Of a DNA stretch of 56,307 nt, positions 26,027 through 40,000 are shown piece by piece (position 1 is the stretch's first letter; every line of letters begins with the position of its first letter). The position numbers and the translations under genes were made by a program. The notes under the pieces are model-generated. The model searched no databases. It worked only from the letters and a program-made list of their open reading frames with translations, and was not told the origin of the DNA. Source of the stretch: Catajapyx aquilonaris (lineage: Eukaryota); contig JYFJ02002472.1 of the NCBI GenBank assembly GCA_000934665.2, forward strand, positions 1 through 56,307, given 5' to 3'.

Positions 26027-29000
26027 AACTATGGAGGTTTTTGAATGCCAAGCGGCGCGAGTTAGTTACGATCGAAGATTTCAAGGATTATGATGTCACG
26101 GATCTTCCCTCTATTACCACATTCATGTAACAGGGGGATCATCTGAAGGTAATATGATTCTCTCATAATTGGCCGCCCTTCCAAGCAAACAATGGCGTAA
26201 TGGACCTGAGCCCTTCGTGGCGACTGACTGCTGGTTCGGAATTTCGGGAAATTCCTTCTTTAAGCGCTTTGTATTGTTTTCCACAAAAGGCTTGAAATTC
26301 TTGGGAAGGAATCAGCAGATATCAAGCTGCGTTCAACATGAGTAATTTTTGATCCTCTCAAAAGTTTGTTGCAGAGGGCATGAGGAGGTTCTTGTTGTTC
26401 CATAGATGGCGCCCAATTGTGGCAGCAGGTACTTGCAGGTGAAGGGGTTAGTGTGACGTCACGGAAGGAAAGGCAGTCCATGGGAGAGGTTGGTTGGCTG
26501 GCTGGTTGGTTTGGTTGGTTGGGCAACAAGCGAGGAGGCCGTTCCTTCTTCCTAACTCCAGAACAAGTCCAGTCGCTGGAAAGACGGCCTGAGTGAGGGT
26601 GGTGTGCGAGTGTTTTTGAGTGAGTGCTCGTCCACTGAAGAGGACCTGGGACTGTCTTCTTCAGCGCGAGTCCTCCACTCTGTAGCACCTTCTTCCTGTC
26701 TCTCTAGTGCCAGTGACCTAGCCTGCAGGTTGGTTACCAGCTCTTTTTTATGCTTTAACTGTTTGCCTGAGTTGCGCAAGGTTTACTGCCCTTAAACCGA
26801 GCATCCGCGTGTCAGAGGAGGTGCAGACGTGTTTCTGGTGCAAATCAGTGTGAAGCTCAAACAATTCGTGGAAGCACGAAAAGTCGTGCCGGAGTCGTAC
26901 TCCACCAGAAAACGTGTCAAGTGTCAATATCTACCTCCTAAGATCAGTCGGTTCATCAAACTGCCTCGACCAAACATTGTGCGTGGCACAGGTGCGCCTG
27001 TTATGTTCGGGATAATCCCGCGATTAATTTGCAAATTGCTGGGCTGTAGAGAGAGTTTGTACCACACTCGAGCGTGGCCAGCATGAGTAAGTGGACAAAT
27101 CTAGGCCTCACATGACTATTTCGGCCCACTCTTGAACTCACTTTCCCCCCCTTAGAATTTTCGAGGCTATAATAATCTTGCGGAAGTAGGTTCAGGTGAG
27201 AGAAGAATATATGAGTTGGATGACGGATATATGGTCCTGAAGGACCGTAGGTTGTTCCTGGGAGGGGATTCCAGAAGGAAGACGTGCGGGTCTATATTAG
27301 GGAGAGTGGGCGGCACCCTTTTGTATTTTGGTGGATGACTCTGGAAGTGGTGGGGGTGGAAGAAGGTATGGTGGGCGAACAAGAAGGGGGGAGGGCACCT
27401 GAAAGAGCGATCGAGGAATGCAGTGAAAGCTGCTGGTTCTTCCAACTGTGTATTCTTCTCTTGAAGAACGTAACCTTTTATTTCCCCCAAACATAATGGA
27501 ACAAACGAGGAAGTGTGATGTATGCGTTTGTGGTCAATGGCGATTAAAGCTGGACAGTGGCTTATTTTTTTATGATTGGAGGGACGTTTCTTTTGAGTCG
27601 TTAAAGGATGAATATTACAGTCGAGTATGGTGGTTTTGAGGATGGGAGGAAGGGTGGGGGTGTGGATGGGATGAGGGATTTTACCGAGGACAAGGGAGGT
27701 GGAGAATCCTTTTGTTTTCTTTCTCACAATGAGCAGACTTCTAAGGCCTAGAATGGATAGAGGTGAAGTGGGTTTCTTTAGTATGCGTCGTTGTCAAATC
27801 TCACTTTTCTTTTCGTCTGATGTTTCTTTTTATATTCTGATCGCCTTTGTTGGGGTTCCTACCGGAACGACCTATTGGCACGCCCATCAAAAAGGGGCGC
27901 GGGTTATGAATATCGATGAAGATTTATCCAGTACCAGAGCATGATTTATGTTTTGGCCGCATCGCACTTAATCAAAATCATGTGTATCTAGCACGACGCT
28001 TGTGAAATTTGGTCGACCGTGCGGTCCCAATGTTCCCATGATCACATACGGCAGCACGTTTCTCGCACATGATTTTTGTATGGGAGCAAACATCACGACT
28101 TTAGAATGAAATAAATATTGATGGTCATGGTAGAACGCAAGTGAGTCAGGAGGCCAACCGAAAGTGAAACATTCCTCCAACATAGTAAGTAACAGTACCC
28201 CCTTATGGACCCCCCAAGTGTCCCTCCGGCTAAGGGGGCTGTGTGACCCACATCCTGACCACCAACCCGTTGGTAACGGGTCTTCCTTCTCCTCCTTCTG
28301 GCCACTTTGTGACACAAGGTCGCCGACGAGCAACCATATTTTGATGGTTCTGGCAGCAAAGAAGTAGAGGTGAAAGTGGAGCGGTGCAGCTGTCCCGCTT
28401 AGCGAGTGGGACGCAAGCACCTTTTGCTTTGCGCTGTTGTCAGATCATCGCATGTGCTGCTGCCCGCTAATTGGAACAACTGGGTCGCCAAGTTTCCCAA
28501 CTCAGATACTGACCTTCTCACGTCACGCGTGTGTGTGAAACTTCCAAATGCGTGAGGAGTGGGGGAGGGGACCTTCTGTGAGAATGTGCTCCGGAAACGC
28601 GATCGAGCTTGAAATAAAGGATATGTGAAAAGGGAGTGTGACCTGCGGGGCACCTAGAATCGCGGTTGGATCAGTTTCACATATATCAGTAACAAAATGC
28701 GATAATTTATCTATGTTTTGTTATCTAACTTTCTCATCGGAGCTTGGAATTATCGTTAAAACAAATTAGTTTTAATGTTCCATGCAATTAACTGTTTCTA
28801 TGAGATTAGTCTTTATCAAATATTCCCTGGAGATGTTTAGCTCAAAAGTGGCTCCGTTTTCTAATGTGAGGTTATGTTTACCTACTTTTTCTTCCAAGTA
28901 TGTATGATGAACAATAATAATTTAAAAAATATATATATATATGACAGTCGTGGCTATAACATGTACGGAACACTTGCATTCCTGCTTGCAGGGCATTTTT

Positions 29001-30944
29001 GTCCCCTAGTTTTTATGCTTTGATTATTGTGAATTTGAACTGACGTCACTATTGTTATCATTTATAAGCAAGTTCACCACAATAATGACAACAAAGGTGA
29101 TGTCATTCCAAACTTAAAAGAATCAGAGAATACTGTATACATCTGTTTCATCGCCCTTTGTTAGTAGCCCGCTGAATGCTGCTTTCTCTCACTTTGTTAA
29201 AATATTACATGGGGATTTTAAAGTTTGTGTAGCGACTGTAGCTACCGTACAAGTTACGTGAAAGTGTGTGATTAATATTCGTAGGAGAGGTCGCGGTCAG
29301 GATGTAGCTGTTTCGAAGCAAATGCATTATTATTTTATCCTGTGACCTATGGATCCGATCGCAAAAAGAGTAGCAATAGTTGCCTATACCGTCAGGATGA
29401 AGGTATAGTCAGGCTAGGCTTCAAGCGGCTTCAAGTATAATGTTGTCCGACGGCAACACGCCATTTCGCAGCATTTCTCCAAATAACTCATTAGGGGGTA
29501 ATCCATTAAGCTAGTCTCGTTATTGCACAGCCGTAAGTATAGGTCCTGCAAGTGCGTGATCATCTGTAAAACTCCTAATTACGATGTTTAAGCGGTACTT
29601 TTCACAGCATGGCTTATTTTTAACGCTTTAAATACATCATCAATAATGTATCAAAGTTGGAGTGGTAATGTGTTTTTGCTCGGAGTAAAAGCGATTCATC
29701 GACCTTGAAAGGCGGCGGGTGTAAAAGACAGCGGGGAAAATTACGTAGAAAAAAAACAACTGAAAGGACAGGTGCTAGGATGGGGTGTTATACATGTTGG
29801 CCCCGGGATGACGGGGCCATCAGAAGTAGTTGCCCTCCTGAACTGGGCATCGTTCGTCCTCTTGCGTCTTCATCTGAATAAGAAAGGGATAAGATGCGCT
29901 CTGTTGGACTTGTGACGCTCTCTTTCCATTCCATGCACCTTGAACTCAACACACCTATTTTTCTTCTCCTTTTTTAACACCTCTGCTTCTACCTGATGCT
30001 ACCGACTTCCATCCGAAGACATCACGCTACCACTTTCTATTTGGCAATCGCCTGCATAATAATTTGTAGAACTGCCCATCCTCGCTCCACAAACCGAGAA
30101 CTGTGCACAAGTGACTCAATTTTATCGTCTGGTGTCCGGCTTTCTAGCCAGTTGAGGTCAACAATATGATGTACAGTGGGTGACATCAGGACAGGTCTTT
30201 TAAGTACTCTGCCTGTCGGAGTGACTCGAAACAGCCATTACTTACAGGCCTTACCATATGTGTCTGTCAAATTCTATGCGTTATGTATTATGCATATAAA
30301 GTGGGTGTGGGTGTGATATAAAGATTAATCTATTTGTGGGTTGCTTTGTTGTCGGCTACATCGAGGCGTATAGGGAGGGCATAGGTGACGTGATCGTCGG
30401 GGGAGGATGGAAACCCCACCCAAAACATCATCTGGGCCCATTTGTGTGCAAAGCGCTCTTTTTATGTCATGCCTGCTGCCACACCTTGGAATCTATCGTG
30501 TATGCATGAGGAGTGGACCCCCACATCAGTGTTGATGGTGTCGCGGCAGTGTACATTGGCAGAAGAAGAGTGCAGTTGGCCTCATTGAGTATAGTGTAAG
30601 GCTTGGTGTGAGTGGTAGTTGGGCAGGTTTGGCATCCCAATCGCCTTGAGTGGATGCCGCCGAAGCAGCTCTTGATGAATGCTGTCCTGTGTGCAATTTA
30701 CCTTGAGTGGCAGCAGCACAGTAGTTTACTGTCTGCCTTGTCATCGGCACATTCCTAAATCGCTGCATACGAAACCTCTCTCTATACCACCACCCTCGAG
30801 GTAAAACATTCTACTTCTTGCCTGCCCATTTTGGGGAGGGCCTAGGACCATTGAACCGCGAGTTCTGACGTCATTTAAAACCCTGTTTATCCGCAGAGGC
30901 CCTTGAAACCCAGTGATTTATGGACAATATTTGTTTGCTTTCAG

Positions 30945-31077
30945 CTGCGGGCCAGCGTCCATCGCGGACATGGTGTCCCGGAGGCGCATTCTGTCCCGCT
31001 CCAGAGACGACCTCAACCTGGACTCCTTCGTGGAAGACGAAGAAGACGTGTGGTACCACAAGGACAAACTGTTTAAG
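30945..31077 (+). CDS. exp: expansion-like shared exon (acceptor 30945, internal ATG 30970; MVSRRRILSRSRDDL...DKLFK)
   Basis: Polypyrimidine acceptor ttgtttgctttcag| and donor AAG|GTACGT; phase 0 into 44498. Confidence 0.85.
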
Positions 31078-34000
31078 GTACGTCCACGCATTGACTGGAC
31101 CAGCTGTAGGCCCCTGGACATCCAACGCCATTGTCCGATCGAACCCAGCAGTGCATTTCCGCCGCGGGCCTCTTTTTATTAGACTGGCACGAAGAGCATT
31201 GACCAGGAATCGTCCTTGGAAAGGTCGCACTGACCAATTTAGTAGGATGCGCTCCTCCTTTTTTTTTGTTTTGCTTGTGTCTGCCGCTTCTGTTTTTTCT
31301 CACCGGCGACCCCCTCTCGGTAATTTCTGAGACATACTAGACGCCAAGAGGCGCTCGTTCAGAGGCGTGAAATTGAACTCCGGATCCTCATCTCGTGGGA
31401 GGTCTCCTGGATTCTCATTAAACGCTCATTTTACATGGAACAGGGGGGTGAGATATAAGAGAAGGGGGGAGGGGGAGAATCAAAAGGTTTCTGTCCAAGG
31501 TTGCTGAATCAAATTCCTCCTAGGGTAATACCTTCCATATCACACAAAGAAATGTGCGAGTTATAATTATGGAAGGGGGGAGGTGGTGGCACAGAAGCAG
31601 GATTTTACAGGGTCAAATCTGAGTGTAGACAAAATAGCTGCATGCGACTAGTCAGTAATAGCTCTGGAAGAAGAAAAAATGTGGTGCAGAGTGAAATATA
31701 TGCGGGGTTCCAGAAACCGCCTTCTAATGCGAAAATGAACGCTGGTTCGTGTACTGTAACAAGCTTTTAAAAAATTAACGACCAGGACAAATTGCATACC
31801 AGACAAGCACTTTGAGAAGAAAAACAACAACAAGTGTATTGTTAAAAGGTGTGTTAGGAGTCGGAGGGGTCTTCGAGCAAGATTAAATAAGCGTAGTAAA
31901 GTTGAATTATGGCTGCACGAAGCAGTTTCTCTTATCCGGATTAAGAATATCTTTAGATTTTTACCATCACCCTTTCTTTTTATTATCAGGTAGTTTTTTT
32001 TCTATTCTTGTGTCCGGAGGTGTTGTAGGTTTAAAAAGAGGGCTTAATAATTGGCTGCGTTGACAATAGCGAGACCTTGGGTCTTAGGAAGAGGAATTTG
32101 GGCACAGCCCTCTTTCATCCGACCAAACCCTTTTCGCCCGGATGGCAGACCCCATTTGTCTAGACGAATGTCAACTGCTCAAAAGATGTCCGTTTTTTCG
32201 TTTAGTATAAATTTTTTTCTGTATCGGAATATTACGTCGTCGCCTTTGAGTCGCACCTGCTTTTTACTACCTTCTGGAAAAGGTCGTTGTAAAAGGTGTT
32301 AAGTCTCTATACCCCCCCCCCCCTACGTCAACTTAATGGTCACTTTTTATACTAGCTACTTTTTAGGTGACCAATATGCCATGAAGAGACATGATTTGTA
32401 GGCCCAAGACCCCCAAGTTCGAGGCTGAGAATAAATTCCATGATTATCGAGAAACTCATTCTGTAAGTCGTGAAAAACTCAGGGTGCAATGCTGTTGAAT
32501 TGCATTCCAAGAGACTGGTCTGAATGGTTATAAATCGAAGCAAACAAGCGGAGAATTGTAGTGACTTGAACAGGGGAGTGGGACAGGATGAGTCGTCCGA
32601 TGCAGCCTCCATGGGCGGTGTAGGGTGTTAAAGAGTGCTTGAAGCAGGTATGTGACGAGGGGTGTGCTGACTGCTTGGGTGGGGAATAAAAGGGTCAGGG
32701 GAGAGCGTAAAGCAAGGAAGCATAGCATGGAAAGAAGTTAGGGACAGCCTGCATGTGTGTACGTGTATATGTGTGTGTGTGGAAGGCAGACAGGCAGCAA
32801 AGCAGCAGGCCCCCCAACAGTAGGTCAGCGAGTTCTCCTCCACTTTCTCCATCCAGCAATCTACTCTATACTCCTAGAGCGTCCTTGGGCCCTTCTAGCA
32901 CCTTTCGGAACACTTGTTGCTAAGCCCTTTGCCCTTTTCCCTCTCTTCTTCTCTCCAAAAGCCCGGAGAGTGGAACCTTGACATTTCCACCACTGCAATA
33001 ACATGTCCCAGGAGGTCCCCTGATGCTTCCATAGTGCAAGGGGACACACCAGCAGATTCGGTGGTGCAGAAGGAGGAGGTCCTTCCACCCAGAATACCAT
33101 GGGTGTGGCTCTAAGTAGACGGCCTTCGTTCAGGAGCAACTTGTGGCACCTTTTAGCCGTCTATTTATTCACCTAGGCTACCCGTATAAATATACAAAGC
33201 AAAGACTAGTCTTACGGTATACTTGATGAGCCGGATGAGATGGGGGAGGAGGGGGAGAGGGTGGACGTGGGGTTCGGAGGATGAATTCAAGGTAAACTGG
33301 CCTATCCCAGAAGATCAGCAGCCTCTCGCTCTTTTCCAATCTCTTTTTTTATCGGTCTCAAAATAAAAACTTTGAGTCGGCATGCCTGCCACTATACACT
33401 AACGGTGGGACATCAGCACAACCATCGAAGGGAGGATCTCAGCAGGGTACCCCGTCATTGACTTCAACTATAATTAGCGTCTTCATGTTGAGAAGATGGA
33501 CATTTTTGCTGAAACCTGTTCGTGCGTTACAAATACTTTGCACCTCGGGAATGCAAATTCCGTTGTTGCAAATATTATTAAAATGTGAGGTATTTCCAGT
33601 AGAAGGGTAGGAGAGTTGCAAAATTATTGGGAACAGCTCCCAGCGGAGGTCAATTAAATAGCATGTTGCGAAAGGCGTTTCTTCTAATCAGGGGCACAGC
33701 TCTTGCCTTACCTCATTTATCTGGCATTCTTTTCCCACGACACAGTGCAAATTTTTCATTTATATGGTGGGTTTTGAATTTTTCGAGAGATTGAGCAACC
33801 AAATGCCGCAGCCTCAACCCTCCGGTGCAGCCTTCTATTGCACCATCAGTATTCTGCATCACGTGCACTGTATGTTACACCAAGTAAATCCAGTGACGTT
33901 GATTGAGGTGCATGAAAAAGTCAAAGGTAGACACATATTCACCTTCTGGAAACGGGAATCGGCATTAAAGTTTGTGATGTATAGTTGAAGTAGTGTGTGT

Positions 34001-37000
34001 TAGTGGCTGTAAGCTAGAATAGCGGACTGTCCAAGGACCATGTTAGACCTTGGTCCAGAGGGCCTGAGGCGCCCCTGCCCGCTTTTCCAACCCACTTGAA
34101 ACGCCCACCAGCAAAAGTAGAATTATTTTTGGATCCGCTTTCCAAAAGTGGCTCTGACTCAGTTTGATATTGAGGGCGTACTTATGTATTCAGAGTTTTT
34201 CTTCCCACGCTTCCTTCCGCCTCGCTCGTTTCGATCACTACACCTCAGGGCATGTCTCAGGTTCGAATTTTTCCCAGTGACGGTCATCTCTCAAACTGGA
34301 CAGAGTTTAGCATGGAAGGAAGGACGCAGAGCAATTTACAGGTTCAGTTGATATCAGTGAATTCGTTTCACTTTTTCCTTTCATTGGAGCCATTCCTGCA
34401 CGTCTTTTGAGAAGTGGTGACGACAAGAGGATGCTCCTTCTTTGGGGCGTGGGTACAGATATACAGGGAGGGAGTGTTAGGGTGATGTTTTGATGGAAAA
34501 AAAGAGGGTGAGGAAGGGGGGTGGAGGAGTGACCTCGCGTGTGTTGAGGGCAACTTGTTCTGGGCGTGGAACTCTGCTTGGGAAAGACCTTTCGTCTCAC
34601 AAATCACGAATTACGGGAAGGTCGCTCGCACTCCAATAACCAGCGTCATCGTTTCCGCCTCCCAGAGTTATCTTTTCAATGTCGCGCCCAATATTACTTC
34701 ACTAAACGAATTTGCCAAATATGTATGTGGTTGTAATGTTGTGTCTAGAAGAGTCCGGGTTTATCATCCTGAAACATTCTCTCCCTTTTGAAAAGCACTA
34801 AAAGAAGTGCCAAGTTTTATTCCTTGCACGCTGTGCTATAAACCAAACAACATGGAACGCTTACCAACACTTTTACCTGTACTTTTACTCATACTTGTAA
34901 GGCAATTAGGAGTGCCACCTGCTGCTTTTATTGATGTGACTTTTTTGACTCTGTATTTCAACAGTAAATGAAGGGGGAATGGAAAGGAGGATTCACCCCT
35001 CCTCATTTCATGACCTTTGTGCGAGAAAGTCCTACATATGGGAGACGTGATGACAGTCTGTGGAGAGAGCTCCTGACATTCAAAGATTCCTTGGGTTGCT
35101 GCTTAGCTGAATCCCTATACGTACATTTTTGAAAAGTGAGAGTAGAGAAGTGCAGTTTAGCACATTTTTATAGAAAAAAAACTTCTCTTTAACTGGTTGA
35201 CACAGTTCACACGGGTGTCTTTGTGGACAGGTCTGCTTCCTTATGGTCACTTGAACACCAACGGAACCGCTACTTGGTTGCGCAGCCGTTGCCAGGCCAT
35301 TACGCAATGCCTTTCCGCCTTTCCGCTCCTTTTCCCCCGCAAAATAGCCTTATTGACCCTATACGCCAAACCCAACACCCAGCAGCTCGTTTCATTCAAG
35401 AAATTGCGGTATGCGTGTGTGTCAATGCATGGCGTGGAATTTGCTGCAAAATTCAATTTGGTAAGCGCAGGCTTTTATATCGAGAGCTGTAAAAACTATT
35501 GTGCCACGAATTGGATAAGATCTCTTATTGGCAAAGTGTGCAATAGGTTGGGCCCCTGCCTTCTGAGTGGCGTGTGCAGGCAGGCAGCGTAATTGGGTCT
35601 TGTGAATGGGCGAAAGCTTGTGAGAAACAGAGTGGCAACCCGGAAGAGTGGGCGGGATACAGCAGCTGGCATAATTAAAATGTCCACTGATAACCACACA
35701 GCAAATATACCTGCCAACAAATGAGCAGGTATATACAAGAGACATTTTCAAAAGAGATGGGTCCTCTTCTCCCAGTGAAATCCTTTCGCCAATTTTCCAC
35801 CCCTGCTGCCTATATAACACTCTTGTCTATTGCTGCACTATTGCACCAAGGATATCCAGAGAGCGTTCCACATCCTTGGCCGCAATTTCATTCCATCTCC
35901 TCCTATTCCGCTTCCTTTATGTGTTTACGAGAGGTGCACCGCAACACCAGGTATCAGGTGCAATCGTCTTGAGATTCACCATGATGGCCCATCGAAGCCT
36001 GTTTTTCAATACCAGTCTCGTGATGGCGAAGACCTTCGGGGCCTATGGTAAAATTGCTATTTCTGGACCGAAGGCGAAACCCTTACGACCCTTTACGTAA
36101 CTCGTTTTTTGTTGTTGAATATTACGTACGTAATATTAGATCATCCCGACGCTATTCGGGTACCGGTAGTTGTTGTGGTCGGCAAATACAGCATGCTTCA
36201 TGCATTCCACCACCTGGACGTGTATTTTTGACCTTAATGGCTGAGGTCCGCTGTTTGACCTTCTGGGGATGCTGTTTACGTCCGATGACATAAATGATAC
36301 TTTTGTTACTGCTTGTGATGTATAGGCCATGCTTGGATGCTGCCACCCGCCGGGTGAATATCAACTTCTGCTGCTGTGTTCATGGGTCCCTTCGTTCTTT
36401 GCGATGCCCAAAAACAAAATGATTTTCTTGGCGAGGCACATTAGTAATGGGCTCATAACTTTTTGTGATGGTGTGGACGCGAGACGTGTTATTAGAGAGA
36501 AAGTTACCAGCCGTATCCAAAATAATGGAAATATTGCCTGTGAACTTTGTTTCACTCGAATAACTTAGAAAATGTTTTATTCAGTTGCATGTACAGTAAT
36601 CAGGGTGATACAGTCTCCAAGTACACAATCAGGCACACTAGTAATGTGGTTGTTTACTTCATTAACCCAGGAAGCAACAATCGCAAGTGAATTTGACCCT
36701 CATTCTTACTTCTAACGGACTCCACTTATTTTCTTTCATTTCACATTCAGTTAATCAGTGGCCCCTTTCCTTTCCTTATCCTAGAGTGAATTACCACTCC
36801 TTATTAGGAGATGAGAATATTTTTGCAAAGTTACGTTCTGGCCCCAGGAGTGCTCATTAGGACTCTTCTTAGGAGCTATTCATGCTAAATTCTACAAAAA
36901 AATAACACAGGTAAAATCCTGCCAGAATAAGTAATGCATCGCAGCCCAGGGGTAGTAGTTTTTCATATGCTGTCGCCAGCAGGAGGCTAAAGATAACCTC

Positions 37001-40000
37001 AACCTACCCAGAATGTGGTTTGACCTCTTCTCACACATTGACACATCCTATGCTTTCACACGCAAAAAACCACCATTCTTCGACCCTCAAAAAAAGCTGA
37101 TCTCTCCGCAAAAATTTAATCTCCGAGCAAAATTGCACCGAAAAAAAAGGCCTGCTGTTAGAAGAGGTCGTGACTGCGATGACCGTGAAGATGCTGCATA
37201 GCAAATAATAGTTGGCGTCTGGACCTAATTAAATCCCGGGCAAAATGAGACGAGATGATGCGAAACACGCCCGCCCCCCATCCTTATATACCCTGCGGTT
37301 CATGGGACGAGTAACAAGTGGTCTGGTGTTCCAGTGGCTGCCCAGATCTCTGGGGAATGAAAGGATGTCCAAGAGGACCTTGAAATAAAACCTCCCTATC
37401 TAAAAGGTCGATGCATCTTCACGACTCAATGGAGCCTTTCATTGTCCTTCTGCCATACTTTCAAAACTAATATTGTTGTTATTATTTCGGGGAGCTGTAT
37501 GTTGATGGCTCGATTTGCTTGTCGCAGGTGCAGGATTGGAGAGAGTGTAAGAATTTCAAGAGTTGCAAATGTAGCTTTCTGGTGTATCAAAGGAGAGAAA
37601 AAAAGGCCTGACTTTTCCCACGCAGGCTGAGAGGAATTGGGGAAAGTTGGTCCTCACATTTGGCAGCGACCGAAAAGTGAAACTATGCGTGCCCTTCTCA
37701 GAAGCAGCCGTTTTGCCATTTTCTGACGAGCCCTCCTGCACTGACATACCTTTTCACCGCTGATGTATGTCGAAAGGTGCAAGAGGTGCTCTAAACACAT
37801 AACTGTTGAGACTTGAGAGAGCCCATTTTCCCTTCAAAAGTGCGATTCTTGTCGAGAACCAAGTTGCTTGCATTGCCTATAGAACGCAACTGCAGAAAGT
37901 AGTGCATGTGACGACAATGTGGCAACCAAGGTTGGTGTTCGCACCGTTCACTTTTGCACCAAATTGCCCCAGTTCGAGCTGCGTGCGACAACTTTTCAGC
38001 CAATTGGATCCGCCACACAGAGGCAAATAACTAATAACCGCCTGAAATGTGTTACACTGATCATCAGCGTACAGTAATGCCTTGAAACACTGCTTCATTA
38101 GTGCACATGCGCCGTGCGTCACTGGGCTTGTCACAAGTACAAGTATGGTATGTTGCACTTGGCTGGAAAGCAGGTGGGTGCAGTCCTCTAGTATGGTAAA
38201 AAGAAGTCGACTTGCAACATTATTGGAAAGAGTGAGTAAAAAATGGCATAGCCGGGGTGGACCAGTTTGGAGGAGTAGCTGGGGCGGTGGACCGGTTCTG
38301 CCCTATTGAGATTAAAGGCAACTATGCGAGATAAATAGCGACGGATAGCAAAAAAAAACAGTCTGAAATGAAAGCAGGGGGGCTAGGAGTGGTCCGCTCT
38401 CCTATAAAACTCGCATCTGGCACACTCACAAGGACGCGGCGTGTCCTTGTGGTCTAGGAGGAATGCTGGTCGGAGGTCACCCCAGGACCGATTGTTTCCA
38501 GAGCAAAGACGATGGTCTGCGGTTAGGTTAGGTCACCCAGGGAGGATGATGGCCAAAGGCAATGATGACTTGTTAGTTTCGTGCTGAAAAGAAGTGCTGA
38601 TACACTGAGGGTTCGTTGCTCTGCTTCCATGTTGTTATGATATCAAAGCGCTCGTTTGTCACGTGAGCGCGACCAATCCATCTGATTCGCACCTTCCTCC
38701 ACTTCCTCACTTTTGCCTTTTCCTCTTCAGCTTATTCTTTCGCCCCGGAGGCCACTTTTTTGCAGGCTATCAGTCGCACATTTTTCTCACCTCGCCCTTC
38801 CGCCTACCTGCCGTCTTCACACCATTTTTTTGTCCCTGTCCATCATGCTGGGAAAATTGCCAGTGTCCTGCATCCTTGTGACGTCACATGTCTCTTTATC
38901 CACGGCTGTCGATGGCCGAAAAAAATGGATAGCACGCAGCCAATGGAATGGGGTCACATGTTTTCTGGGGGTAACAAGATGGTGCCAAATCAAGGCTGTG
39001 GCATTGTGGCTTGGCGAAAAGGGTGCCCCACCCATTAATGTTTCTTTCCTGGATGCTGGGCTGCCTCCCGAGACGTTTCCTATGGCCTTCTGCCGGGTGA
39101 AGGTTGAGGGTATTGCCGTTCCCGAAGATTTACGATCGGCGCTCACCTCTGGCACACCCAGATGACTAAACTTTGCGCTCTCCAAGTGTTACGAGTAGGG
39201 GTTACCTCATCCATGTGTACGAAAGAGTGGGATGGTGGCAGCCTGGGAGGTCAGGTGGTGCCGAAAGGAGTCGACATTGCGCAAGGAGACCAGTCAGCAA
39301 CAGCACCCTCCGGCTTGGCTTGGCTGGCAAAGACCACTTTCTCCTTCTGGCCCTTACGATTGCAGAAGCCCACCTAGGCCTATACTAGCTAGCCTATTTC
39401 ACCTTCCCACCTTTGAGACTACTAGACCTATAGAGAGTTTGCCCCTCACACAGGGGCCACTCTCGTCGGCTGCTACAAGAATAAGGGATCCTTATCTCTT
39501 CTGCCCTCTTGGGCGGAAGAGAAACTGTTTCCTTCCCTTCCAACAAGACCCATTCTTCCGTCTTCCTCTGCAGACTCTTGCCACATTCTACCCATGTTCA
39601 CATTACTCTCGCTTCCGAATGCCTGCCCCCTTAGAATAAAGGGGTATAGCCTGAGGGGGAATGGGGGCACACTTTACATGCTACTTGTCGTCGAATAAAC
39701 GGGGTCTCAGCTTGTGTACAGGTGGGCAGAAAAAAAATGTTTGCCGAATTCTTAGATTTGAGCAGGAAAGAGGAGTCTCGCACAATTTCCAGGGGGTAAT
39801 TGTTGGAAACTTTCCTATCTCGAAACATCAAGTAGCTGCTAACGTTCCAGTATGTAATCATAGTAATAGGGCTTGTGCGCACTTATCGACATGAAAGCGA
39901 GACCCTCACGAGAAAGGCGGCTGGAAAGTCAACCAAATGGCCGCTGTCCCCAAATCATTTTTTTATTACTTAGATTGTAGATGACCATCGTAAGACACGT

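Noticed and set aside
27167..27727. 186-aa minus-strand ORF
   Set aside because: GTG start, complement of a purine-rich tract, no homology recognised.
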